DNA of 60,541 nt, filler included. It is 5 parts of 5 records of this genome, joined end to end, with 100 filler letters (N's around TTAATTAATTAA, not from the genome) between each part and the next. Parts side by side here need not be neighbours in the genome. Positions count along the whole stretch, not along the records: positions 14,340 to 27,920 come from SRR31156797_3780; positions 28,021 to 40,554 come from SRR31156797_3787; 3 more parts are not named here. One strand, written 5' to 3'. Made by a program: the position numbers and the translations under genes. Below the pieces are notes generated by a model, which was not told where the DNA came from, ran no database searches, and saw only the letters and a list, made by a program, of their open reading frames with translations. Position 1 is the stretch's first letter; each line of letters starts with the position of its first letter. Of the stretch, positions 20,276 to 30,240 are shown piece by piece.

Positions 20276-23200
20276 TTATTTACGAATTACTATTTTCTTA
20301 GTAATTACCTGTTTTGAAACTGAGACACTAAGCAGGTAACACCCTTCAGCAAGTCCGGATACATCCAATGTAGTTTCAGCAGCGTTTGCCGTTGTGTTGA
20401 TGATTTCATTACCTATCACATCACACACGATCAGGCGGGCCGATCCGGAAGTTTCGTTGAGGTTTATTTTGATATATCTTGATGCCGGGTTCGGGAATAC
20501 CTTAATACTTTCAAGATCCGTTACACCTTTAATCCCGGTTTTCAGTTCCAGTAGGGAAATACCATTGGGTGTAAAATAGTTACAATCATTCATGGAATCA
20601 CCACCTGAACTTACATCCAACAACTCATCCTCCGAATTATTGATGTTATATCTCCGGTATGTGATCGGCTCGCCTTCAATCATCCCGTCTATTTGAGAGG
20701 TTGTGGGGTCGTCAGCATAAATTGCCATCACCTGGTCAGTTCCAGTAATGATGGAGTAACCCACGCACAATCCATTGCTGTTGAACGCTCCGATTACATC
20801 ACCTATGTTAAATAGTGATGAACCAGCTTTAGAAATGGCTACCAGGTGTGATCCGGGAGTGGGTTTAACCGTTGGCCAGGGAGAAACTACAGAACCAGAT
20901 TCAACTGGTAGGGTGCTTCCAATTGTTGCTGATTTTGCAGGGAAATTAATGATAACGGGTGAGGTTACATATACATAATAACTTTCGCCGGGATGCAACA
21001 TCACCAGGGTTGTAATTCCCATAGCAGGCCAGTAAACGCCGGGGCCGGCAATTTCTTTAACCAGCATTACCTGTGGAATGTTGAACAGGCTGGAAGTAGC
21101 TGTTGCTGTTGAACTCAAAATGGGTATGATATGCCAGCCCGGGTTCAGTGTTAAGGTGCGTGAGGTGAGCGCGTTGCCGTTAACAGTTAATACAGCATCC
21201 TGGCTAACCTTGGCCACATATCCTGAAGTTGTATTCCACGACATCAACGTGTTTATTCCTGCACCGGGCCAGTAAACACCGGTTAAGTTTCTGAGAATGA
21301 TCAGCTCGTTGCCAATCGGGCTCATCATGGTGTCGATGTTGGGATTCACCGGATTCAGGTAGCTTGAAAGCCCGTTCCATCCCTTGAAAAGGTTGATGGT
21401 TTGTGTGCTGTATGTATTCATACTCAGCAATGCAGAAATGCCATTATCGTAATAATTGCCATCATACTGCGGTTGTGACTGGTCATAGGTTACGCTTACA
21501 TCATGACTCGACAGTGTGCCCCAGCTGTAAACTTTCCATTTAAGGAACTCACCATTCAAAAAGCCGTCTTTCTGTGGTGTAGAGCCATCATCACCATATG
21601 CCTGCACACTAATGTTGTTCATGCCATCCCAAATTCCATAGCCGCCACATATTTCATTTCCATTGTTATCCGTATAAAATACACCCATCAGATCCCCATT
21701 GTTAAGGGGTGCGCCATTCAAGCTTGGGTTCGCCGACAATGGAACCGAGATGATGTGAGAAACATTGGTAACTGTGTGTTGCCATCCTTGTGGCATAACG
21801 TTTACCGTCCCTGATTTTGTTTCTGTACCGTTTGCGTTTGTCACGGTAAGCGAAACCGGGTAAGATCCTGGTGTGTTATATTGAACAGCCGGGGGAGTTG
21901 AACCATTAAACGATGAGGGGTTGCCGCCAGTGAAAGTCCAGTTCCATGCTGTTGGATTACCTGTTGAAAGATCGGTGAATACAATGGATTGCCCGGCATA
22001 GATCATGCTGTTTACCGGGCTGAAGTCTGCTTTTGGGGAAACAGGATTGGCTTTTGCGGGCACAATGGTAATGGCATCAATATCATCCATAAAACCATCG
22101 GGTACAAGGTCGAACCACCATCCTGTCATCCATGTTACATAAATAGCGTTGGGCATCATGCCGCCTGATTCATCACCCGGAGTAGTTGGATCATCTTCAT
22201 CTACACTAAAAATCATAGCCAGTGCCATATAATTGTGGTCAGGATCAGGGTATTCCATCCAGGTAAATTCAAAAGCATCAATATCCGTGTCGGGGAAAAG
22301 GCCGATATCAGTTTGTGCATTGATCACTTCGTAGGCCTTCCCGTTTTCAGCCAGGTAAATGCTCCCCGGATTAATGGGGTTTCCTGCATGGTCAAAATAA
22401 ATGGCTTCATGGTCGGCACTAAAATAGGTGCGTGTAATATCTTCAAGATTTAACGGAACATCCAAAGCGTCCACATCATCATCATGGTCATTTGGCATAG
22501 CGGCATTGATGTCAGGGTTTGGTGCCAGGTTAGGGTGGATGGTTGCCTCATCATATTTTGGATTTATGGATATCAGCTGGCCACTCAACGGATATACAAT
22601 GTCGATGTCAACTTCCAAAACTTCATCTTTTGTAGCTGTTTGCCCGTATAGCATTCCTATGGATGAAAAGCCAAGTCTTGGAATGCTTCCAGTAGGATCA
22701 GAATAAGGCATAAAATCGTCATCATCATAAGAAATATAAAGGCTGTCGGTATCATGGATGAAATCATCTTCAAACTTTTCAACAGGGGGCTGGCCTTCAC
22801 CAAACGGATATTCACGCATGTCGCAAATTGCCAGATCAATACCGTCCATATCGAAAAAATCATGTTTTATTATTCCAATGGGCATTCCGCAAAGGCACGG
22901 CGCTCCTGTACCGGGAACTCCACCATCGGGGAAAGGATCCATACCAAAGCCCATTACATCATCAATTAAGCCTTCGGTTCCCGGCATGTTCATATATGTT
23001 CCAGGATGCAGGTAGGCATCACCCGGATCAAAAACTTCATCACCATCAATCACAGGATCACTGATTTCAGCATCCGAACCAATATCAACGGAGAAGAGCA
23101 TATAATCATCGTTAACGGCCTGTCCCTCTTCTTCAATCCTGATAAAATAATCTTCAACCTCACCATCCTGGGCAAGGCCGGTATAACTTAGGTTTCCTTG

Positions 23201-24778
23201 TGTGCTATAGCGGAAACGGGCATAAGTCCAGCCAACATAAGCAGAAGCAGGAATGTTGAGTGTAACATTATTGGTACCATGGTAAAGTGATTTATTGGTA
23301 AAAATCTGTTCTCCGGAATCTGCCCAGTCGCCATCCTGATTAAAATCCATCCAGGCATCCAGCAGACCTGCACCATAGGCATTAACCGTTAGTGTTACCG
23401 TTGCTCCCTGTGATAACATGGGAAATACAACCCCGTCTTCATCATCCAGGTTGTTGTTATCATCGCCAATACAATTCACATGAGGCTGACCATCCGACTC
23501 GGCATCTATCAGAGAACCCAAAAACAAGTTTGGTGTGGCCGGAATCTGGTGACATGCCCCTGTGCTCGCCGAAAGTGTTGGATAACCGGGATTGTCGGGA
23601 GCATCGCCCCAATCGAAATTACCTGTGCTTGGAATAAGGCCAAAAATCGCCCTTTGTCCATAAGTGAAGTCATATCCTACTGCAGGATTCAAACTTGATA
23701 GTGAATAATAACCATCGTACCATCCGCTCCAGCCCCAATTCACATGAAAGTAGTTCATGCTGTTATAACCATCAACATTAAAGGCGTGTCCCATGTTGTA
23801 ACCTGAATCATAACCTACATATACCAGAGGCCGGCTCAAATCCAGTTCGCTTTTCACAGCAGCCTCCCAGGCCGACATGTTTGCGTAATTCGACCGGTAA
23901 TTCCAGTATATATTATTGTTGTAACTGAAATTGTTTTGCAATGCATTGAGGATATCCTGCTCCCAATTTGGTCCGAATGGTAATGATGCTGTTGGCCCGT
24001 AATTCATGTTCACAGCAACACCGCAATGAAATATCAGTTGGGCAATGTTGGTGTTGGTTGTAAAAATAGAGTTGGGCATCATCGCGTAATTATATGTGGC
24101 TGCAGCAAAATTTGCACTGATGTTCCCATAGGTTGGGTGGATATAACTGTTTGAGCCTGAACCCTGGGAGGGGTGCTGCCAATATTTCATTACCTGGGCC
24201 ATCGACGTTGCCACACATCCGGCATAGGCATGTCCGCCCGGACCACTTATGTCCCACGGACATTGCTGGTTGTAATATTGGTTCTGATTCCAGGTAGTTG
24301 AGAGGAGTGGTGTAACAGATTTTGCTCCGGGAGCCGCCGGAACGAATTTTTCATATCTATCCCACAGGGCATCTATTTCACCTGTCGATTCTATTCCATT
24401 ACTGATCACCTCCGCTGCCTGTGCGGTATAATTGCTTAATAAATAGCTTAACGAGGCAGGGATTTCAGTTCCTGTCCAGCTACCTGATGTGGTATAACCG
24501 GCAATTGGTTTAAGGTGGTCATCCGCAGTAACAATGATAAAACCATCGTTCTGATTGATGTTGAAAATATAAAATGCCGTAACGCCATTCAGATTTTCTT
24601 CTGAGGCGAGGCTCAGATTCACCTGATCATAATTAAGAATTTGGGTCTTGTTGCAGTTTTCCCAATAGTAGTTTTTGCCGATTAAAGCGGCATCTTCTTT
24701 TGATACATGTTCTGCACTTACGGAGAGAGACAGCAGCAGAATCAAGATCATCCCGATTGTAAAAGTTTGAGTTTTCAT
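20276..24778 (-). CDS. Secreted peptidase C10 (streptopain/SpeB family) with prodomain, GEVED, acidic domain, PKD and T9SS C-terminal domain
   Basis: Signal peptide; prodomain GFIIVTADD; WNQ..YYN, AGCVATSMAQVM, GHAFNVDGY, HVNWGWSG; GEVEDY; PKD WNWTFTGGNP; VFPNPA...GCYLL...KKIVIRK tail. Confidence 0.93.
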   Translation of the reverse strand: MKTQTFTIGMILILLLSLSVSAEHVSKEDAALIGKNYYWENCNKTQILNYDQVNLSLASEENLNGVTAFYIFNINQNDGFIIVTADDHLKPIAGYTTSGSWTGTEIPASLSYLLSNYTAQAAEVISNGIESTGEIDALWDRYEKFVPAAPGAKSVTPLLSTTWNQNQYYNQQCPWDISGPGGHAYAGCVATSMAQVMKYWQHPSQGSGSNSYIHPTYGNISANFAAATYNYAMMPNSIFTTNTNIAQLIFHCGVAVNMNYGPTASLPFGPNWEQDILNALQNNFSYNNNIYWNYRSNYANMSAWEAAVKSELDLSRPLVYVGYDSGYNMGHAFNVDGYNSMNYFHVNWGWSGWYDGYYSLSSLNPAVGYDFTYGQRAIFGLIPSTGNFDWGDAPDNPGYPTLSASTGACHQIPATPNLFLGSLIDAESDGQPHVNCIGDDNNNLDDEDGVVFPMLSQGATVTLTVNAYGAGLLDAWMDFNQDGDWADSGEQIFTNKSLYHGTNNVTLNIPASAYVGWTYARFRYSTQGNLSYTGLAQDGEVEDYFIRIEEEGQAVNDDYMLFSVDIGSDAEISDPVIDGDEVFDPGDAYLHPGTYMNMPGTEGLIDDVMGFGMDPFPDGGVPGTGAPCLCGMPIGIIKHDFFDMDGIDLAICDMREYPFGEGQPPVEKFEDDFIHDTDSLYISYDDDDFMPYSDPTGSIPRLGFSSIGMLYGQTATKDEVLEVDIDIVYPLSGQLISINPKYDEATIHPNLAPNPDINAAMPNDHDDDVDALDVPLNLEDITRTYFSADHEAIYFDHAGNPINPGSIYLAENGKAYEVINAQTDIGLFPDTDIDAFEFTWMEYPDPDHNYMALAMIFSVDEDDPTTPGDESGGMMPNAIYVTWMTGWWFDLVPDGFMDDIDAITIVPAKANPVSPKADFSPVNSMIYAGQSIVFTDLSTGNPTAWNWTFTGGNPSSFNGSTPPAVQYNTPGSYPVSLTVTNANGTETKSGTVNVMPQGWQHTVTNVSHIISVPLSANPSLNGAPLNNGDLMGVFYTDNNGNEICGGYGIWDGMNNISVQAYGDDGSTPQKDGFLNGEFLKWKVYSWGTLSSHDVSVTYDQSQPQYDGNYYDNGISALLSMNTYSTQTINLFKGWNGLSSYLNPVNPNIDTMMSPIGNELIILRNLTGVYWPGAGINTLMSWNTTSGYVAKVSQDAVLTVNGNALTSRTLTLNPGWHIIPILSSTATATSSLFNIPQVMLVKEIAGPGVYWPAMGITTLVMLHPGESYYVYVTSPVIINFPAKSATIGSTLPVESGSVVSPWPTVKPTPGSHLVAISKAGSSLFNIGDVIGAFNSNGLCVGYSIITGTDQVMAIYADDPTTSQIDGMIEGEPITYRRYNINNSEDELLDVSSGGDSMNDCNYFTPNGISLLELKTGIKGVTDLESIKVFPNPASRYIKINLNETSGSARLIVCDVIGNEIINTTANAAETTLDVSGLAEGCYLLSVSVSKQVITKKIVIRK

Positions 24779-24826
24779 GTCTTTTTATTTTTTGTGTTTG
24801 TAATTAGTTAGATTGAAAACCCAATA

Positions 24827-24843
24827 GGCCAATGCTGTGCCAG
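24827..24843 (-). promoter_or_regulatory. Sigma-54 promoter of the C10 protease gene
   Basis: CTGGCAC-AGCAT-TGGCC (GG-N10-GC), about 50 nt upstream of the ATG. Confidence 0.65.
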
Positions 24844-24967
24844 ATGTTTATCGAATATATGTAGAGTTGTGTTTGTTAAGTTTTTATATTGCTGGTTTTC
24901 TGATCATTAAAAACAATTGCGATCAGATAAAAAAACATTTTTGAAAAATTTATCTAAGCAAGCCGGG

Positions 24968-25034
24968 TGGGCAAAATCACCCTGATGGGTGAAAAAGGTG
25001 GGTGAAAATCAGCTGTTATGGTGATAATTACCGG
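24968..25034. promoter_or_regulatory. Second cluster of the same enhancer-like sites
   Basis: TGGGCAAAATCACCC, TGGGTGAAAAAGG, TGGGTGAAAATCAGCT, TGGTGATAATTACC; about 125 bp upstream of the -24 element. Confidence 0.65.
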
Positions 25035-25158
25035 ATGCCGTTTCCAAAACAGGTACCTGTTTTAGGAACATGATGGAAGTTTTCGGTATCTGTTTTCACA
25101 GAACCCAGGATTTATAATGAAAATAGTGGATTGGAAATAAAAGAGAATCATTTGAACT

Positions 25159-26559
25159 TTACTCCACAACCTTCTGTATCACAATGCCATGCTTTTTGAT
25201 GCGGTGTTTCAGCGCATCGCGGGAAAGCCCAAGCAGATCGGCGGCCTTAATCTGGTTACCACCGGTTTCCCTCAGAGCAGCTTCCATCAGGTTTTTCTCA
25301 TTTTCATCCAGGTTAAAGGATTGAATTTCCGGAACAGTAGATTTTCCCGAACCATCATGCTTGTCACCAATGTTTATGGAAAAATCATCCGGGGTGAGTT
25401 TTTTGCCATCGAAAAGAATCAGGGCACGCTCAACCATGTTTCTCAACTCACGAACGTTTCCGGGGAAATTATATCTCCTAAGGCGGGTAATCAGGTCTTT
25501 TTCGATGATGGGTGATTGCTTCTTCTTTTTGGTGCAAAGTTCATCCACAAAATGTTTCAGCAATGGCTCAATGTCTTCAGGCCGGTCCCGCAGCGGTGGG
25601 ATATTAATGATAAAAGTGTTGATGCGGTGGTATAAATCCAGCCTGAATTTTTCCTCTTCGATCATCTTTTGGATGTCCTTGTTGGTGGCCGAAATGATTC
25701 GCAGATCAACATTAATTTCCTTGGTGCTGCCAATGCGTTTAATTTTGCGCTCTTCCATAGCGCGCAGCAATTTGGCCTGGAGTGAAAACGGCATGTCGGC
25801 AATCTCATCCAAAAACAGGGTGCCGCCATTGGCCATTTCAAAAAAACCCTTTTTATCCTCTTTGGCATCGGTGAAAGCTCCTTTTTTATGCCCGAAAAAT
25901 TCGCTTTCAATAAGCGTGTCGGGGATGGCGGAACTGTTTACCGGCACAAAAACCTGCTTTTTGCGATCGCTGGCATAGTGGATTATCCTGGCCAGGATTT
26001 CCTTTCCGGTGCCATTTTCACCAGTGATCAAAACACTTGCTTCATTATCGCGGGCCACTTTTATGGCCATATCCACAACCCTGATTATTTCCTTGCTTTG
26101 GCCAATAAAATCTCGCTGCATGCTGCTTTCCAGCTCGCGGGAAATCAAGGACTTTTGATCCTCAATGGTTTCCAACCTGTTGAGGAGTTGAACGTATTTG
26201 CCGGTGCGTTCGATGGCAAAAAATATCTCGGAAAGGGTAAACGGTTTTCTTACAAAATCGATGGCTCCCTGTCGTTGGGCTTCAATTACGATGTCGATGT
26301 CTTCCTGGCCGCTCACCATGATAACCTCTGTTGCCGGGTAGTCCTTCTTGATTCTTTTCAGGATATCGATTCCATTCAAATCATTGGGGATCATAAAATC
26401 CAGCAAAGCAATATCTATGTTATGATCTTCCAGTATCCGAAAAGCATTTTTCGAGCTGTTGGCTTCAAAAACCAGAAACCCTTTTCGTGATAGTTGCTTG
26501 TTGAGTTGTTCGGTTATTTTAGTTTCGTCATCCAGAACAAGAACCCTGATGGCATTCAT
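25159..26559 (-). CDS. Sigma-54-dependent response regulator (REC-AAA+-Fis HTH, NtrC/AtoC family)
   Basis: VLDDE/LLDFMIP receiver, GENGTGKE, ESEFFGHKKGAFTDA, TLFLDEI, FRLDLYHRI, PGNVREL, GGNQIKAADLLGLSR. Start MNAIRV supported by the promoter just upstream. Confidence 0.95.
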   Translation of the reverse strand: MNAIRVLVLDDETKITEQLNKQLSRKGFLVFEANSSKNAFRILEDHNIDIALLDFMIPNDLNGIDILKRIKKDYPATEVIMVSGQEDIDIVIEAQRQGAIDFVRKPFTLSEIFFAIERTGKYVQLLNRLETIEDQKSLISRELESSMQRDFIGQSKEIIRVVDMAIKVARDNEASVLITGENGTGKEILARIIHYASDRKKQVFVPVNSSAIPDTLIESEFFGHKKGAFTDAKEDKKGFFEMANGGTLFLDEIADMPFSLQAKLLRAMEERKIKRIGSTKEINVDLRIISATNKDIQKMIEEEKFRLDLYHRINTFIINIPPLRDRPEDIEPLLKHFVDELCTKKKKQSPIIEKDLITRLRRYNFPGNVRELRNMVERALILFDGKKLTPDDFSINIGDKHDGSGKSTVPEIQSFNLDENEKNLMEAALRETGGNQIKAADLLGLSRDALKHRIKKHGIVIQKVVE

Positions 26560-26584
26560 AATTTTGCTGGTTTGGTAAACCTTA

Positions 26585-26592
26585 CAAAGGTA
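26585..26592 (-). promoter_or_regulatory. Bacteroidetes housekeeping -7 element
   Basis: TACCTTTG matches TAnnTTTG, 25 nt upstream of ATG 26559. Confidence 0.6.
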
Positions 26593-26639
26593 ATAATTCA
26601 AAATTATTGATAAAATGAGAACCATGGTGAAGCGAGAAG

Positions 26640-26677
26640 AAAATGAAAAGGGCGAAAAACCGATTGGTTTTTCGCCC
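26640..26677 (-). terminator. Terminator after aldehyde dehydrogenase
   Basis: GGGCGAAAAACC-aatc-GGTTTTTCGCCC followed by TTTTCATTTT. Confidence 0.85.
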
Positions 26678-26702
26678 AAAAAAATTGGGTGATTATCTCA
26701 AT

Positions 26703-27920
26703 CTAATCATCAAATAATTCAAACTTTATTCCTTGCGCCAGTGGCAATTCCTTACTAAAGTTGATTGTGTTTGTTTGCCGGCGCATGTAGGCCTTCCAGG
26801 CATCAGAACCCGATTCACGACCGCCACCGGTGTCTTTTTCACCGCCAAATGCACCACCAATTTCAGCGCCGTTTGTAGCAATATTTACATTGGCGATTCC
26901 GCAATCGGAGCCGGCATGCGAAAGGAAAAGCTCCGTTTCGTGCATGTTTTTGCTAAAGATGGCCGATGACAATCCCTGTGGAACGGCATTATGTATTTCG
27001 ATGGCCTCTTCGATGGTTTTATATTTGATGAGGTAAAGCAGCGGGGCGAATGTTTCTTCCTGCACAATCTCCCAATGATTTTCTGCTTCGGCAATAGCCG
27101 GGCGAACGTAACATCCCGACTCATATCCTTCACCTTCAAGCACCTCACCACCATAAACTATTTTACCACCCGATTTGATTACCTCTTCCTGGGCAATCCT
27201 GAAAGTTTCAACAGCGGCTTTGTCGATGAGCGGGCCAACGTGGGTGTTTTCATCCAGGGCGTGACCAATTTTAAGCTGGTTATATGCTTTGATCAGTTTT
27301 TCCTTAAACAGGTCATAAACTACCTCATGAATAATCAAACGGCGTGTTGATGTACAGCGCTGACCGGCGGTTGCTGTGGCACCAAACATGCTGGCACGCA
27401 GAGCCATGTTCAGGTTGGCATATTGCGAAATAATGATGGCATTGTTTCCTCCCAGTTCGAGGATTGTTTTTCCCAACCGTGAACCCACGATATTATTCAC
27501 TCTTTTACCAACTCTTGTGGAGCCTGTAACTGAAACCAGTGGAATTCTGGGATCTTTCAGGAAATCATCACCCACATATTTTGAGCTGCCTGCAACCAGG
27601 CTGAGAATACCCGCCGGGAGCTTGTTTTCGCGCATTACTTTTTCGATGATGTTATGGGTGGCAATGGCCGAAAGGAAAACTTTAGAGGAGGGCTTCCACA
27701 ACACAACGTCGCCTGCAATTAAAGCAATCATGGCATTCCAGGCCCAAACGGCAACCGGAAAGTTAAACGCTGAAATCACACCCACAATGCCCAGCGGATG
27801 GTACTGATCGTACATGCGGTGCAGTTCGCGCTCCGAGTGCATGGTAGAACCATAAAGCTGACGCGACTGCCCAACAGCGAAGTCGGCTATATCGATCATC
27901 TCCTGCACTTCACCCAGGCC
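26703..27920 (-). CDS. Aldehyde dehydrogenase, ALDH7 / piperideine-6-carboxylate dehydrogenase type, 5'-truncated
   Basis: [31 protein letters not shown], catalytic [31 protein letters not shown]. Confidence 0.93.
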   Translation of the reverse strand, partial: GLGEVQEMIDIADFAVGQSRQLYGSTMHSERELHRMYDQYHPLGIVGVISAFNFPVAVWAWNAMIALIAGDVVLWKPSSKVFLSAIATHNIIEKVMRENKLPAGILSLVAGSSKYVGDDFLKDPRIPLVSVTGSTRVGKRVNNIVGSRLGKTILELGGNNAIIISQYANLNMALRASMFGATATAGQRCTSTRRLIIHEVVYDLFKEKLIKAYNQLKIGHALDENTHVGPLIDKAAVETFRIAQEEVIKSGGKIVYGGEVLEGEGYESGCYVRPAIAEAENHWEIVQEETFAPLLYLIKYKTIEEAIEIHNAVPQGLSSAIFSKNMHETELFLSHAGSDCGIANVNIATNGAEIGGAFGGEKDTGGGRESGSDAWKAYMRRQTNTINFSKELPLAQGIKFELFDD

Positions 27921-28020
27921 NNNNNNNNNNNNNNNNNNNNNNNNNNNNNNNNNNNNNNNNNNNNTTAATTAATTAANNNNNNNNNNNNNNNNNNNNNNNN
28001 NNNNNNNNNNNNNNNNNNNN
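27921..28020. other. Artificial contig spacer
   Basis: N-run with TTAATTAATTAA at 27965-27976. Confidence 0.99.
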
Positions 28021-28196
28021 GCACTGCACGCACCGCCCCGGGCTTCCGGGCCGTATGCCTGTACCAGGGTGCTCTCCTTATGGTCGCCGATCACTGCGGC
28101 TTTGCCCAGGATACGACCCGCCAGGACAATACCCTGGCCGCCGAATCCGGTAAATAGAATCTCCTGGCGCTGGGATGGTTGGTTATTCTTTGTCAT
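28021..28196 (-). CDS. korC: 2-oxoacid:ferredoxin oxidoreductase gamma subunit, 3'-truncated
   Basis: EILFTGFGGQGIVLAG...QAYGPEARGGACS; ATG immediately after the beta stop. Confidence 0.9.
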
Positions 28197-28197
28197 G

Positions 28198-29052
28198 TCA
28201 GGCGGCCTTTTCTTCATTAAAGAGTTCGGGGGGACGGCATGTGCTGTCGTACCGGTCGATACAGGTGGGTCGTTCAATATCCACGAACTTTCCAAGGATA
28301 ACCCCCCGGTCAAAATCAATATCCAGTTCCGTGGGATGGGCGTCGTTTTTTATGATGGTCTTTTCCTGGTACAATCGAAGGGAATCCAACGCATTTTCCT
28401 TGTTTCGCCGACCGAAATTGACGGGACAGGGTGAAAGGACCTCCACAAAGGCGAATCCCCGCTTCAGCAGGGCATCCTTGATGGATTCCGTCATATCCCG
28501 GGTATGCAGGATGGTCCAGCGGGAAACGTATGTGGCGCCGGAAGCATAGGCCATGAGCGGCAGATTAAAGGGGCCGTCCGGATTGCCGACCGGCGTGGTG
28601 GTGGTTTTGGCGTTCAGGGGCGTGGTGGCCGCAACCTGTCCGCCGGTCATACCGTAGTTCAGGTTGTTCACGCAGACCACGGTGATATCCACGTTCCGGC
28701 GCGCCCCGTGAATAAAATGGTTGCCCCCGATGGCAAAAAGATCCCCGTCTCCGCTGAAAACCACCACATTCAGTTCAGGATTGGCAAGTTTCAGGCCCGT
28801 TGCAAAGGGGATGGCCCGGCCATGGGTGGCATGGTACGAGTCCAGCATCACATAGCCGGCCCCGCGCGCGGTACAGCCGATGCCGGATACCATCACGGTT
28901 TTCGTAAGGTCAATGCCGCTGGCCTTCATGGCCGTGAGGCAGGACGCAAAAGCCGTTCCGATACCGCAGCCGGGGCACCAGATGTGGGGAATGCGGTCCG
29001 TCCTGAGGAGATCGTCCAGGGGGTGGTGTATTTGCTTATTCGTTGCGGTCAT
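28198..29052 (-). CDS. korB: 2-oxoacid:ferredoxin oxidoreductase beta subunit
   Basis: WCPGCG, SGIGC, HGRAIP, GDGD...NN..YGMTGGQ. Substrate not determinable. Confidence 0.93.
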   Translation of the reverse strand: MTATNKQIHHPLDDLLRTDRIPHIWCPGCGIGTAFASCLTAMKASGIDLTKTVMVSGIGCTARGAGYVMLDSYHATHGRAIPFATGLKLANPELNVVVFSGDGDLFAIGGNHFIHGARRNVDITVVCVNNLNYGMTGGQVAATTPLNAKTTTTPVGNPDGPFNLPLMAYASGATYVSRWTILHTRDMTESIKDALLKRGFAFVEVLSPCPVNFGRRNKENALDSLRLYQEKTIIKNDAHPTELDIDFDRGVILGKFVDIERPTCIDRYDSTCRPPELFNEEKAA

Positions 29053-29082
29053 GGCATTACCTGTTTATTGAGGTATCAGGTG

Positions 29083-30240
29083 TCACCCAATACCCGAAAA
29101 GGATTCTTTCAATGCTTCCAAAACACGTTCAGGGGTAATGATGGTTCCCCCGGCATGGCCCACCAAAACGCACGGCGCCCGGCCGCGGGCGGATCGCTCA
29201 ACTTCAAGGTGGATCTGCCCCAGGTTGATTTCCACGGTGATGAAACCTTTAACCCGGGCCGCGAGGTTTCGGATCCGTTCTTCGGGAAAGGGCCATACGG
29301 TGATCAAGCGGAGAAGGCCCGCCTTGATACCCTGCTCACGGGCTTCATCCACGGCGGCCAGGCTGGTTCTTGAGGAAACGCCGTAAGAGACGATGACAAT
29401 TTCCGCATCATGGACCCGATATTCTTCGGTTTGGATGATCTGTTCCAGGTTGTTCCGGATTTTACCCATGATCCGGTCCATCATGACTTCCTGGCCTTCC
29501 ACCGTCATGTCGGGGTAACCCCGTTCATCGTGGGTCAGTCCCGTTATGTGGACGCGGTACCCTTCACCGGCAATGGCCATGGGTGCAACACCGTTGGGGC
29601 CCGGTTCAAAGGGTTTGAAGCGATCCTTCCGTCCCCTGGCCCTGGGACGGGATACCGTATGAATGGCTTTGGCTTTGGGAATCACCACCCGCTCGCTCAG
29701 GTGGCCGATCATTTCATCGGTCATGATCAGAACCGGGACCCGGTAGGTTTCACTCAGGTTAAACGCTTCAATGGTCTGGTAGAAAAGTTCCTGGGGCGAT
29801 GAAGGGGACAGCGCAATGATTTCATAATGACCGTGGGAGCCCCACCGGGCCTGCATCATGTCCCCCTGGGCCCCCTGGGTGGGTAACCCCGTTGAAGGCC
29901 CTGCCCTTTGAACATCCACCACGACGCAGGGGGTCTCGGTGCAGATGGCCAAACCGATATTTTCCAGCATCAGGCTCAATCCGGGCCCGGATGTGGCGGT
30001 CATGCTTTTGACGCCCGCGCAGGATGCCCCCACAATGGATGCCATGGCCGCGATCTCATCTTCCATCTGGATAAAGGTGCCGCCCACTTCGGGGAGCCGC
30101 CCGGAAATATGCTCGGCAATCTCCGTGGCCGGTGTAATGGGGTAACCCCCGAAAAAACGGCAACCGGCGGCCAGTGCCCCCTCGGCACAGGCCACGTCCC
30201 CCGTCATGAAATGCTCTCCGGTCAGAACTGCTGGTCTCAT
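29083..30240 (-). CDS. korA: 2-oxoacid:ferredoxin oxidoreductase alpha subunit
   Basis: GYPITPATEI, QMEDEIA, TATSGPG, QRAGPSTGLPT. Confidence 0.93.
   Translation of the reverse strand: MRPAVLTGEHFMTGDVACAEGALAAGCRFFGGYPITPATEIAEHISGRLPEVGGTFIQMEDEIAAMASIVGASCAGVKSMTATSGPGLSLMLENIGLAICTETPCVVVDVQRAGPSTGLPTQGAQGDMMQARWGSHGHYEIIALSPSSPQELFYQTIEAFNLSETYRVPVLIMTDEMIGHLSERVVIPKAKAIHTVSRPRARGRKDRFKPFEPGPNGVAPMAIAGEGYRVHITGLTHDERGYPDMTVEGQEVMMDRIMGKIRNNLEQIIQTEEYRVHDAEIVIVSYGVSSRTSLAAVDEAREQGIKAGLLRLITVWPFPEERIRNLAARVKGFITVEINLGQIHLEVERSARGRAPCVLVGHAGGTIITPERVLEALKESFSGIG

Noticed and set aside
25860-25890. GAFTDA instead of GAFTGA in the activator, as a sign of sigma-54 independence
   Set aside because: The key Phe-Thr is intact and, to my knowledge, GAFTDA is a common variant in Bacteroidota.
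26686-26702. TGGGTGATTATCTCAA, resembling the enhancer motif, upstream of the activator
   Set aside because: Single degenerate copy lying between the ALDH stop and its terminator; too weak to claim autoregulation.
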